Shown: positions 8,621 to 18,052, counted from the stretch's first letter. The stretch: 64,000 nucleotides of DNA from a virus (IMGVR_UViG_3300029935_000001:137867-201866); one strand, 5' to 3'. Notes: generated from the letters alone by a model not told the origin. Numbers and translations: made by a program.

Positions 8621-9114
8621 CAATGCCACACAACTCAAATTTAGAACAATTGTTTAACTTAGCAGAAGAAGTAGACCCCACCGACACCCCAGTCGACGGG
8701 GAAGGCTCAGACCCTGATATTTTTATGCCCGATCTACCAGTGAACCCTGGGTCGTTAACTGCAATAGAAAAGGTCGAAGCTGCACTACCGCTGGTACGCG
8801 ACATGCAAGCCACTGATTCTGAGCTCGACGAGCTTGCAAAAACTGCGCTTGATGGTTATAAAGATTTAGTAGATTTAGGCATGAACGTTGATGCGCGCGC
8901 AGCCGCAGAAATACTGAGTGTAGCATCGTCGATGCTTGGACACGCTATTACTGCTAAAACCACTAAGATTAACAAAAAGCTTAAAATGATTGAACTACAG
9001 CTAAAGAAGGCTAAGCTCGATCAAGACCGCGGCGAAATTCCTGCCGAAACAGCACAAGGTCACGTATTTGACCGCAACGAACTCATTGCATTGCTAAAAC
9101 AAAAACCGCAATAA
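8617..9114 (+). CDS. Helical protein, candidate terminase small subunit
   Basis: Acidic N-terminus and two long helices (ELAKTAL..AEILSVASSML..); identity inferred from size and context only. Confidence 0.4.
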   Translation: MTMPHNSNLEQLFNLAEEVDPTDTPVDGEGSDPDIFMPDLPVNPGSLTAIEKVEAALPLVRDMQATDSELDELAKTALDGYKDLVDLGMNVDARAAAEILSVASSMLGHAITAKTTKINKKLKMIELQLKKAKLDQDRGEIPAETAQGHVFDRNELIALLKQKPQ

Positions 9115-9136
9115 ATATAGCAAAGGATGGACAACC

Positions 9137-9727
9137 ATGACTAAAACATTTAAAGATTACTTAATGGAAAGCCGCCGCAGCTATTCCTATCGTGTAAAGA
9201 TTGCTGGCGAAACTGACTCTGATTTTTTTAAACAGTTCGAAAAAGAGTTAGCTCGATTTGACGTTATTCGAGCTTCGGAACCAAAGCGTGCGCCTGTAAT
9301 GAAGACGCTGCCAGGATTTCCTGACTCAGTAGCCAACGAGGAATTGCACTCAGTAGACATCGAGCTGAATTACCCAGCAAATGCTGAACAAATAAAACAA
9401 ATTTTGGTCGACTTAGGTAAGAATCCAAACTATATTTGTGTGATAGATCCGCAGTTTGCTGACACCGAAGTTAAAGCAGCAGAAGAAACAGCCAAAAACT
9501 CCGGCAACGAGGCCTTGCTAAATCGCGCATACGAAGATACTACTCAAGAACAAGCAGTAGCAGCCGGCGAGTATGCCAAGAGCTATCAAACAGCCGCAAA
9601 AAACACCGAGCGAGTTAAGTATAAGTTTGCCGGCGAAGTAGCCAAGGACGCGGAATTCACCAGCGACCTGCCGCAAGGACGAGTAAGCCCGTTAACAACA
9701 GCTCCAAACGCAAAGGCAAGCAACTAA
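9137..9727 (+). CDS. Putative head/internal protein
   Basis: N-terminus MTKTFKDYLME resembles T4 capsid-targeting sequences; TAAATA at 9112. Confidence 0.6.
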   Translation: MTKTFKDYLMESRRSYSYRVKIAGETDSDFFKQFEKELARFDVIRASEPKRAPVMKTLPGFPDSVANEELHSVDIELNYPANAEQIKQILVDLGKNPNYICVIDPQFADTEVKAAEETAKNSGNEALLNRAYEDTTQEQAVAAGEYAKSYQTAAKNTERVKYKFAGEVAKDAEFTSDLPQGRVSPLTTAPNAKASN

Positions 9728-9728
9728 T

Positions 9729-12257
9729 ATGAAACACAAATTATTTAAAATAGCCCTTTCCGAAACTCACAAGTATGCACAGTTGATGCATACAGCAGCC
9801 GACCGTTTGGCGTATAACGACGTGAGTCGCGCTATTCGCGAGTCTGCTCAGTTTAAAGGTATCCGCTCACCAGATGTGCAAACGCTTGCTGAACAAGTAG
9901 TAGCACACCTCCGAGAAAGTGTTATGTCGGAAATTGATCAGGTGATTCGTGACGCCAAAGAGGACGGTCTTGATGATATCACAATCGCTCGCGAGCTTGC
10001 TGAAAAATATGGCATGCGCTTGCCTGATGCGCAACGCTTTGTGGCGCAATGGGTAGCCGATAATCTTGACGAAAACTCTTCCGGGGCCACTGTTTACGCA
10101 GGGCTCGAAGGCGACGAAGCTGAGCGGCTAGCGACTTCGCGTGCCCGCATGCGCCAGTTTATGGCTAAGACTGGCGCAGACTCCGACGTGGCGTGGGATT
10201 ACCTTACTAAGAACCATTGGAATCTTTCGATTGCTGTTGGTAAGTACAGGCAAGCCAACAGCACAACCAACGAAGCGCAGACTATGGGCGGCGCCTTGCG
10301 GAACGAGCTGTCAAAAGCCGAATCAGTGACCGAAGCCACTTCGGCTCTAGCACAGTGGAAACAAAAAGTAAAAGCTGCGCATCCTACAGCAACCTTTGAA
10401 GTGCGAAAGAAGACTGACCGCTATGGGTCGGACCGGGTCGAGGCCAATGTTGGTGACCGCATGGTTGGCTACTTTGAAAAGAAATCGGGCCGCAGCAACG
10501 TTCTCGAAGCCGCAGAAAAGAGCATAAAAGTATATCATGTTGATCGCAACGGTAAAGAAGGATACACTGTAGTTGACTCTGCTGCTGCGTTACAGGATCA
10601 CATAAAGGGCCTAAAGCGGAGTGGCGCAAAAATAACCCATACTGCGTCCATGATCAACGGCCAAGAAGGTCCTGCTGTATATCCCAAGGCTGCGCAAGTA
10701 GACGAAAACTTTTCAGGCGCCATTGCTGAAGTTGGTTATGCAGATGCCCTCGGCGATCTCAACATTCCGCACAACGAATTAGTCGCATCAGCTCAACCCG
10801 ACGGCACTATAAGCCAACGTTCGGTTATGAAGTTTACCCAGGGCGACGACTGTCTCTACTTTTTTGAGTCGGACGGAGAAATTGATGCTCTGGTATTACT
10901 AGCCGGCAACAACCTCAAAGCAATCAAAAACTATACCAATGAAAAAGGTCTGGTATTTGCGCTGTTGAACCACATTGTGAGCATGAAAGGCACTGAAGTT
11001 CGAGTTGACGCTACTGAGCCACTGACTGCCGAAGGGTTCAAGTGGGTAGCAGCTCTGATCAAAAACAAAGCCGGGCTCCGTGTTCGCGACTCGGCGGGTC
11101 AAGAAGTTGACATCTCTGCGCTCGAAGCTGAATGGAAAAAATCAAAAGCAGGACACGGCGAAGAGTCGGGGCCAACGGGGTTAGTGATTACTGAAGCTAG
11201 CGCGTCGTGGAAGAAAAAACTGATCGAAAACGAACAACGGATTATGCCATTTGCGTATTTTAACGTCAGCGCTAAGCGAGTAGTAAATGAGTCGCGGTAT
11301 GCAGGGCTCAAAGGTTCTGCAGTGTATTCTAACACAACCGAAAGCGAACAGCTAGACGAGCTAAGCTCAGCGACGTTAAAATCGTATGCTGACAAGCGCA
11401 TGGCTTCGTTCGATCGGACAAAAGGCATAGCCCGCGGATCTGAAGAACACAAGCAGTGGAAAATGGCGCAGAAGGCATATGACCAATCTGCTGCAAAATC
11501 ACAAGTTCCATCCCAAGCAAGAGAGTCAGTCGAAAGCGATATTGACCAACTGATAGATTTCCATCAAACTGGATTAGCCAATGCGCAGTATAAAGGCCCA
11601 ATGGCCGCAATGCATCGCAAAAAGCTAAGGGCATTGATGACCAAAAAACAACGCTCGCACCGCGACCAAGAAGCTGCCGACTGGCACGAATTGCAGCGTG
11701 AGCGATCTCCACTTCAGAAACGCGCCCAATACGTTGAAGATGGCAGTATAGCGATTAAGCCCGGCGACCGTGTGCGCACCATTCGTATGGGGCAAACTCC
11801 AGGCGTGGTAGAAAAAGTTGAAGATGGGTATGTATATTTCCGTCACGAGTCGGGTAGGTTGTATCGCGCTCCGCTCAGTAACGTTAAACTCGACGAGGAA
11901 ATGTCCCGTAGCCAAGAGCAAGAACGCGAGCGTATAGTAAAAGGCATGAAAAAGAACAAAGCCGACTTCGCAGACCGTTACGGCAAACGCGGCGAAGAAG
12001 TAATGTATGCCACTGCAACTAAGCGAGCAATGGGCGAAGATAGTGACAACGCTTATCAGTCAGGCCTCCGATCAGCAATCGAAATCTTGCGCCGCGCAAA
12101 CCAAGAGTTCCAAAAGACTGGCGACCGTAGTGTTTTAGATCGTGCCCACCGCGAGTATGCGCAAGCCTACGACAAGCTAGTAGCAGCCCAGCCGCAAGCG
12201 CACAGCCGCCAAGCTGCTCGTAATCAGGTGTGGGGCCCGGCAGGAACTAACGACTAA
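9729..12257 (+). CDS. Large modular (mosaic) putative head protein
   Basis: 842 aa; short modules (UBA-like, SH3/KOW-like, RIVKGMKKNK..RYGK..VMYATATK) separated by hydrophobic-X-E motifs. Confidence 0.7.
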   Translation: MKHKLFKIALSETHKYAQLMHTAADRLAYNDVSRAIRESAQFKGIRSPDVQTLAEQVVAHLRESVMSEIDQVIRDAKEDGLDDITIARELAEKYGMRLPDAQRFVAQWVADNLDENSSGATVYAGLEGDEAERLATSRARMRQFMAKTGADSDVAWDYLTKNHWNLSIAVGKYRQANSTTNEAQTMGGALRNELSKAESVTEATSALAQWKQKVKAAHPTATFEVRKKTDRYGSDRVEANVGDRMVGYFEKKSGRSNVLEAAEKSIKVYHVDRNGKEGYTVVDSAAALQDHIKGLKRSGAKITHTASMINGQEGPAVYPKAAQVDENFSGAIAEVGYADALGDLNIPHNELVASAQPDGTISQRSVMKFTQGDDCLYFFESDGEIDALVLLAGNNLKAIKNYTNEKGLVFALLNHIVSMKGTEVRVDATEPLTAEGFKWVAALIKNKAGLRVRDSAGQEVDISALEAEWKKSKAGHGEESGPTGLVITEASASWKKKLIENEQRIMPFAYFNVSAKRVVNESRYAGLKGSAVYSNTTESEQLDELSSATLKSYADKRMASFDRTKGIARGSEEHKQWKMAQKAYDQSAAKSQVPSQARESVESDIDQLIDFHQTGLANAQYKGPMAAMHRKKLRALMTKKQRSHRDQEAADWHELQRERSPLQKRAQYVEDGSIAIKPGDRVRTIRMGQTPGVVEKVEDGYVYFRHESGRLYRAPLSNVKLDEEMSRSQEQERERIVKGMKKNKADFADRYGKRGEEVMYATATKRAMGEDSDNAYQSGLRSAIEILRRANQEFQKTGDRSVLDRAHREYAQAYDKLVAAQPQAHSRQAARNQVWGPAGTND

Positions 12258-12261
12258 CGCA

Positions 12262-14097
12262 ATGGTAAATATAACAAACGATGTGTGGTACGAAGGCATG
12301 ACCGCCGGAGCGGTTCCGTCGTACCAAGTTGAGCAGTTGTTGGCCAAAGTGGATATAGGCGGGTCCGAATACCGCCTATATCAAACGCGCAAACTTCGTT
12401 CCACTGATCACCGTGTGGTATATTTTTTGCGTGATCCGCAAGGGGAAATCGTAAAGCAGTGGCCCAACGCTGACATCGTCGATGTTAAAAGAGAGATAAT
12501 AAGAATGGTAGATCCAGTAAACGAAACGCAGCTCGACGAAGATCATTTCAGTAGTGATCAAGTCGCTGCAATTAAATCATGCAGCGACGAAGCTGTGCGC
12601 GGATATTATAGAAAATATCTTCAAGCCGAAGCAACCGGCGACGTTGAAGCCGCAGATCGCTATGCCGGTATTATTGTAAAGCGTTGTAATTTGCTAGGTG
12701 TGTTTTCCACTGAAACGACTACCGAGTCGGATGCGCCGCCTGCGAAGAACGACTACGAACACTGGGAAGACCGCATGAAAGCTGCTGGTGCTACTGTGTT
12801 CCGGTCTGATGCCGACGAACCTCACTATGATCCTACTGTAATCAGCGCGTATAAGCCAGTAAATGGCAAACATGTATTAATGGGCGAATACGATCCAGTT
12901 AACGACCGTGAGATTTTTGAAACCGCAGACAAAGTATTCGAGTCGGTTGGCAATGCTAACAGCGCTACAGTATGGACTGAGCAAGTATTAGCGGCCGGCG
13001 CAACAGAGATCAAAGATATTCGCGGCGGCAAGGTGGCTTACCTAGGTGAGTCGCGTATTGGAGTTTATCGAGTAAAAGAAGAACCTAAAGTGACTAAGAA
13101 ATTCAACGACATACTTCGAGAATCGTTTAACGTTTCGTTAAATGCCGACTCCGAAGGCAACAAAACAATTACTGTCACAGCATCCGACGGCGATGCTGAG
13201 CATCTAGCTAGTATTCTAAAGTTGTCTGGCCTTGGGCACCATCCTGCTGCCCAATCATGCGGCTGTACTGGTGATATAGAAGTTACTGAAGAATACGCCA
13301 ATGCTCCAGACGAAAAATACACCGACACAGATACTCAGCTAAATCGCATGTCCGGCGGTCTTAATAAGCCAAAGCGTATGTCAAACCCTAACAATCCAGC
13401 TGACAACCCACTTGCAATGGGCAAGTTAGGTGTTAAAGGTGGCAAACAGTTGAACATCGAAGAAGCAAAAATTGCTGAATCTTTGTTAGCTGAATTTGCT
13501 TCGTTCGGTAGCAAACAGTTGGATGAATTGTCGCCTGACGCTTACAAAAATTATATAGACACAGCCACTGGTGATTATGCGCACACAAACGCACAGCGCT
13601 TGCGCACCCCGCGCGATCAACAAACGCCATTATCAGATCGCATGAAAAAGCGCAATGCTGGTCTCAGCCGAGCCCAGACTGGGCTAGATCGTTACGCTGA
13701 CGACGTTGTTCGCGAAAATGTCGAAGCCGAAGGCAATATTGGTGACGAAGTTAGAATCACCGGTGACGTGCAGTTCAGCGGCGAAGTTGGTGTTATTGCT
13801 GATTTTGGGCAAGATCGCCGGTTTGTTATTGTTGACTTATACAACCACGGTAAGCGCTCGTTCCACGCTTCAGATGTGTCACTAAATGACTCCGACGACT
13901 CCGACAATTACGACCTAGATGAGAGCAAGCAGTCTGCACTAGACCGACTAGGCTGGGCACACTCAAAAGCTGCTGGGCTAGGTGGTCTAAATGACACGAG
14001 AAAGCGCCATAAGGATTGCGACACTGACACATCGAAGCAGCTTAAAGCAACAGATGTGATCGACGGGGGCAGTCCGGCAGCGTATGATCAACCATGA
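12262..14097 (+). CDS. Large modular putative head protein
   Basis: 611 aa; YANAPDE..SGGLNKPK..DNPL motif, LDELS module, KOW-like module. Confidence 0.7.
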   Translation: MVNITNDVWYEGMTAGAVPSYQVEQLLAKVDIGGSEYRLYQTRKLRSTDHRVVYFLRDPQGEIVKQWPNADIVDVKREIIRMVDPVNETQLDEDHFSSDQVAAIKSCSDEAVRGYYRKYLQAEATGDVEAADRYAGIIVKRCNLLGVFSTETTTESDAPPAKNDYEHWEDRMKAAGATVFRSDADEPHYDPTVISAYKPVNGKHVLMGEYDPVNDREIFETADKVFESVGNANSATVWTEQVLAAGATEIKDIRGGKVAYLGESRIGVYRVKEEPKVTKKFNDILRESFNVSLNADSEGNKTITVTASDGDAEHLASILKLSGLGHHPAAQSCGCTGDIEVTEEYANAPDEKYTDTDTQLNRMSGGLNKPKRMSNPNNPADNPLAMGKLGVKGGKQLNIEEAKIAESLLAEFASFGSKQLDELSPDAYKNYIDTATGDYAHTNAQRLRTPRDQQTPLSDRMKKRNAGLSRAQTGLDRYADDVVRENVEAEGNIGDEVRITGDVQFSGEVGVIADFGQDRRFVIVDLYNHGKRSFHASDVSLNDSDDSDNYDLDESKQSALDRLGWAHSKAAGLGGLNDTRKRHKDCDTDTSKQLKATDVIDGGSPAAYDQP

Positions 14098-14169
14098 GCT
14101 AAAAATGCGCAACGAAAACGTCGATCCCACCGAATCTGTCAACACTCTAAAGAAACTCTCCAGACTGCT

Positions 14170-14613
14170 ATGAGAGCATTTTTACTATCTATCCTCTTAT
14201 GTGTATCTACCGCTGCGCACAGCGTCTATGATGTAGCGCTGTCGCAGCCATACCATTGGCCTGTAGTGCGTATTATTGACGGCGACACCGCAGTAGTAGA
14301 CGCACCGTGGCTCCCACCTGAGCTTGGTAAAGAAATAGCTATCCGGCTCGTTGGTGTTGACGCTCCGGAAATCTCGTGGCGCGCACAGTGTGACGCAGAA
14401 AAAGCAAAAGGCCGCGAATCGCTGTCTGCTTTGTCTAAGCTTATCGCGCGGCCCGGAGTTACAGTGCGGGTGGTAGGCTGGGACAAATACGGCGGTCGTG
14501 TATTAGGCGATTTTGTCACCAGCGACGGCCGCTCGGTATCGCAAATAATGTTAGATCAAGGTTTACTAAAGGTATATACTGGTGTAGGGCCAAAACCTAA
14601 CTGGTGCGACTGA
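14170..14613 (+). CDS. Staphylococcal-nuclease-like (thermonuclease) protein with signal peptide
   Basis: VVRIIDGDT, IRLVGVDAPE, DKYGGRVLG; hydrophobic N-terminus. Confidence 0.85.
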   Translation: MRAFLLSILLCVSTAAHSVYDVALSQPYHWPVVRIIDGDTAVVDAPWLPPELGKEIAIRLVGVDAPEISWRAQCDAEKAKGRESLSALSKLIARPGVTVRVVGWDKYGGRVLGDFVTSDGRSVSQIMLDQGLLKVYTGVGPKPNWCD

Positions 14614-15248
14614 TGGATATTGAAAAATTTAAACGATATTATGATGTGGTGTTGTCTCAGGTATATGACGAAGGGAACAGTCCCTTTCATAAAAGCCTGA
14701 CGGTTAAAGTAGTAGACGAATTAATCAAGCCGTTGGGGTTACCGACCAGCTCGACTATTATGGATTTAGGCTGCGGCCCTGGATATTTTTTGGATGCAAT
14801 GGCTGCTGCCGGATACACAAATTTAGTTGGTACTACATTAAGTCCGCAAGACCGAGAGCAGTGTCAGAGCAACGGGCACCGCATTATGGAGATGGATATT
14901 TCTTTTTTGGACGTGCCAGACGGTAGTGTAGATTTAATATTTTCTCGTCACAGTCTCGAACATTCGCCATTTCCGTTCATAACTCTATTAGAATATCACC
15001 GCGCCTTGGCGCCCGGCGCGTTATTGTATGTAGAAGTGCCTACGCCCGAAGACTCACGCAAACACGAGTTTAACCCCAATCACTATTCGATATTAGGTCA
15101 CAGTATGTGGTGTGCGCTGTTCGCCCGTGCTGGATTCCGGGTGCGTGTCGACACTCGTGTTACCCTCGAGTTAACCAACACTGTAACCAATAGTAAATTT
15201 CCTGAAACTTACTACGTGTTCTTACTTCAGAAAAATGGAAATAGTTGA
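14613..15248 (+). CDS. Class I SAM-dependent methyltransferase
   Basis: MDLGCGPG motif I; DLIFSRHSLEH; LAPGALLYVEVP. Confidence 0.85.
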   Translation: MDIEKFKRYYDVVLSQVYDEGNSPFHKSLTVKVVDELIKPLGLPTSSTIMDLGCGPGYFLDAMAAAGYTNLVGTTLSPQDREQCQSNGHRIMEMDISFLDVPDGSVDLIFSRHSLEHSPFPFITLLEYHRALAPGALLYVEVPTPEDSRKHEFNPNHYSILGHSMWCALFARAGFRVRVDTRVTLELTNTVTNSKFPETYYVFLLQKNGNS

Positions 15249-15408
15249 TCTAAAACGACTGGCGGGAATTGGGCAACCGAGCCAATTCGCGCAAGCTGTT
15301 TCGCAGTCAATTGACCGAGCTGCTATTATGCGCGAACAAAATATAAAACCAGGCACAGATGCCTGGTTTCGCCTGTGGTTCACAAAACCACAGGCGAAAC
15401 CTTACTGA
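15235..15408 (+). CDS. Small conserved phage protein (57 aa; not in ORF track)
   Basis: MEIVDLKRLAGI...MREQNIKPGTDAWFRLWF; motif recalled from T4-like phage proteins. Confidence 0.65.
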   Translation: MEIVDLKRLAGIGQPSQFAQAVSQSIDRAAIMREQNIKPGTDAWFRLWFTKPQAKPY

Positions 15409-15935
15409 TTTACCGCAGCTCGGCCGGCACCGATATACTCAACCCACGATGGGTGACGAACGTGAGTGATGGTTTGCTTAACTGAATTTGCGATTTTGTG
15501 ATAGTCGGGTTTAAACGGTGTCCACAACGGAGCTTGGAGTTTGGCTCCTTTTTTGTGATTACACTTCCAGCACGAAGTGATAGTGTTAGCCCAAGTGTGC
15601 GGCCCGCCGTGCGCCCTCGGCACGACGTGGTCAACAGTTAGATCGCGATGGTCGAAAGTATCGCCACAGTACCCGCAGCGGTATAAGTCGCGCAGGAACA
15701 AATTGTCGCGAGTAAACGCCACTGATCGTTTACGTTTGTTATACCCTACTTTTGACACAATCACCGCTGGCACTCGCATGGTGAGCTTAGCTGAGTGGAT
15801 CACCCAATCGTCGTACCATTCCATCACTGAGGCCTTTTCGAGAAAAAACAAGCGCAGGGCTTGTTGCCAGTGAATAGTTGATAATGGTAAGAAGTTTAGT
15901 GGTTGGTAGTCAGGACCAAGGACAAGTGTGTGCAT
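15402..15935 (-). CDS. HNH endonuclease (McrA-like)
   Basis: FTRDNLFLRDLYRCGYCG..TVDHVVPR..GG..W.N....C..CN..K; likely start ATG 15935 after TAAATA at 15944-15949. Confidence 0.85.
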   Translation of the reverse strand: MHTLVLGPDYQPLNFLPLSTIHWQQALRLFFLEKASVMEWYDDWVIHSAKLTMRVPAVIVSKVGYNKRKRSVAFTRDNLFLRDLYRCGYCGDTFDHRDLTVDHVVPRAHGGPHTWANTITSCWKCNHKKGAKLQAPLWTPFKPDYHKIANSVKQTITHVRHPSWVEYIGAGRAAVNQ

Positions 15936-16021
15936 GATAAGTATATTTACAAAGATTTTATAACCATGAGCAATAATAACACAACTTGGGGATGCTGTCA
16001 ACCCCTTGCACGGAGAAATAA

Positions 16022-16942
16022 ATGTCAAAAACATTAGAAGGGGTATTGATCAAGCGCCCCCACCAAAAGCTTAACTATACTGATCAGCATGTAAAAGAAA
16101 TGCTCAGTTGCATGGACCCAATTTCTGGCCCTGAGTATTTTATGTCAAACTTTTTTCACATACAGCACCCTACACGTGGTCAAATGCTGTATCAACCGTT
16201 TGAGTATCAAAAGCAACTGATTCACACCTACCACAACTACCGCTTTTCGATTTCGATGATGCCGCGCCAATCTGGGAAATCGACCAGCGCAGCAGGCTAT
16301 TTGTTATGGTATGCTATGTTTGTGCCAGATTCGACTATCCTAATTGCTGCACACAAGTATCTTGGCGCCCAAGAAATTATGCAGCGCATTCGATACGCGT
16401 ATGAAGCATGCCCAGATCATATTCGCGCTGGCGCAGTGAGTTATAACAAAGGATCGCTTGAGTTTGACAACGGATCTCGTATTGTAGCTCAAGCGACTAC
16501 CGAAAACACCGGTCGCGGTATGTCTATTTCGTTGTTATACCTTGACGAGTTTGCGTTCGTTAGGCCAACTATTGCTTCTGAATTCTGGACATCTATAACT
16601 CCAACGTTGTCAACTGGTGGTAAAGCGCTAATTACATCTACTCCAAACTCCGACGAAGATCAGTTCGCGCAAATTTGGAAGGCCGCCAATAAAACCGAAG
16701 ACGAGTATGGCAATCCCACTGAATTAGGTAAAAACGGATTTAAAGCGTATCGCTCATACTGGCATGAACATCCAGATCGTGACGAAAAATGGGCCAATGA
16801 GCAGCGTGCGCAGTTAGGCGATGAACGCTTTCGGCGTGAAATTGGCTGTTTAACAGGAAATTCAGTAGTCACCATTAAAATGGCCACTGGAGAAATAAAA
16901 CGCGTTTCGATGCTTGAATTACGTCAGATATTGAGTTTATAA
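16022..16942 (+). CDS. terL: Terminase large subunit N-terminal half plus IntN of a split intein
   Basis: Walker A PRQSGKS, LLYLDEFAF, STPN; extein ends RREIG, followed by CLTGNSVV.. Confidence 0.92.
   Translation: MSKTLEGVLIKRPHQKLNYTDQHVKEMLSCMDPISGPEYFMSNFFHIQHPTRGQMLYQPFEYQKQLIHTYHNYRFSISMMPRQSGKSTSAAGYLLWYAMFVPDSTILIAAHKYLGAQEIMQRIRYAYEACPDHIRAGAVSYNKGSLEFDNGSRIVAQATTENTGRGMSISLLYLDEFAFVRPTIASEFWTSITPTLSTGGKALITSTPNSDEDQFAQIWKAANKTEDEYGNPTELGKNGFKAYRSYWHEHPDRDEKWANEQRAQLGDERFRREIGCLTGNSVVTIKMATGEIKRVSMLELRQILSL
16847..16939 (+). mobile_element. Split intein N-fragment (31 aa)
   Basis: Block A CLTGNSVVTI at the terL junction, then TAA. Confidence 0.85.
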
Positions 16943-16948
16943 AGAGCC

Positions 16949-17287
16949 ATGGACGACTTTCTAATAAAAAATAATAAACAAATTCAGGTGTTAACTGATA
17001 CAGGGTGGTCGGACTTTTTAGGCATTGCTGATCGAGGGTATAAACAGTCTATGGAAATTTTCCTCAGCAATGGGAGAAAAATCCATAGCACATTAGACCA
17101 TAAGATTTTTCTGTCCTCGGGTCAAGCAGTAGCGGCCGCTTCGTTGAGAGTAGGGGATTGTGTTTATAGCGCCACTGGCTATACGACCGTCGTAAAAATT
17201 GCGTTAGCTGACGAAGAATTTGTTTATGATCTAATAGAGGTGGAGCGAAACCGCCGATATTATGCGAATGATATTTTAGTCTCAAAC
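16949..17287 (+). mobile_element. Split intein C-fragment (113 aa)
   Basis: Ends ILVSN followed by Cys+1 at 17288. Confidence 0.85.
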
Positions 17288-18031
17288 TGCGAATTCATCA
17301 TCGCCGACGAGACGCTAATTCAAGGCACCATTTTAGCAGAAATGGAAGGGATTGAGCCGATCGAAAAGCTCGGCCAAGTTCGATGGTACCAACCAATAAA
17401 AAAAGGAAAAATATACACTGTAGCATTAGACCCAAGCCTTGGCACCGGCGGCGATCCGGCAGCAATCCAAGTTTTCGAAGCAGGGTCTACCAGCCAGGTA
17501 GCTGAGTGGAAACATAATAAAACACCAATACCGCAGCAAATTAAAGTATTTGTTGAAATTATAAAACATATTCATTCAATAACCAACGAGCAACTAAACA
17601 TTTACTACTCAGTCGAAAACAACACTATCGGAGAAGCTGCGCTGATTAGTTTGAGCGACTACGGCGAAGAAAATATCCCAGGGATATTCTTATCAGAGCC
17701 TAAGCGGGCCGGTAACAGCCGTCGACATCGCAAAGGATTTTTGACCACGCCATCGTCAAAACTGTCGGCTTGCTCAAAACTAAAAACATTAGTTGAAAAT
17801 AAGAAAATGAAGATTTATTCTAAGTCTCTTATTTCTGAGCTGAAGAATTTTGTTGCCAGTGGCCAATCTTATGCTGCTAAAGTAGGCGAAACTGATGATT
17901 TAGTAATGGCAACTGTATTAACTGTCAGGATGTTTCAGCTGTTGCAGAATTATCACAAAGAGCTTGGTGACCAAATACGCGACCACTCAGACGAAGTTAT
18001 CGCTCCTATGCCCTTTGTGGTAGTTTTCTAA
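16949..18031 (+). CDS. terL: IntC (113 aa) plus terminase large subunit C-terminal nuclease half
   Basis: Block B STLDHKIF, block F VYDL, block G VSN/C; extein CEFI..ALDPSLGTGGD..VENN..DDLVMA. Confidence 0.92.
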   Translation: MDDFLIKNNKQIQVLTDTGWSDFLGIADRGYKQSMEIFLSNGRKIHSTLDHKIFLSSGQAVAAASLRVGDCVYSATGYTTVVKIALADEEFVYDLIEVERNRRYYANDILVSNCEFIIADETLIQGTILAEMEGIEPIEKLGQVRWYQPIKKGKIYTVALDPSLGTGGDPAAIQVFEAGSTSQVAEWKHNKTPIPQQIKVFVEIIKHIHSITNEQLNIYYSVENNTIGEAALISLSDYGEENIPGIFLSEPKRAGNSRRHRKGFLTTPSSKLSACSKLKTLVENKKMKIYSKSLISELKNFVASGQSYAAKVGETDDLVMATVLTVRMFQLLQNYHKELGDQIRDHSDEVIAPMPFVVVF

Positions 18032-18052
18032 ATTCAGGTAAATACACGCACT

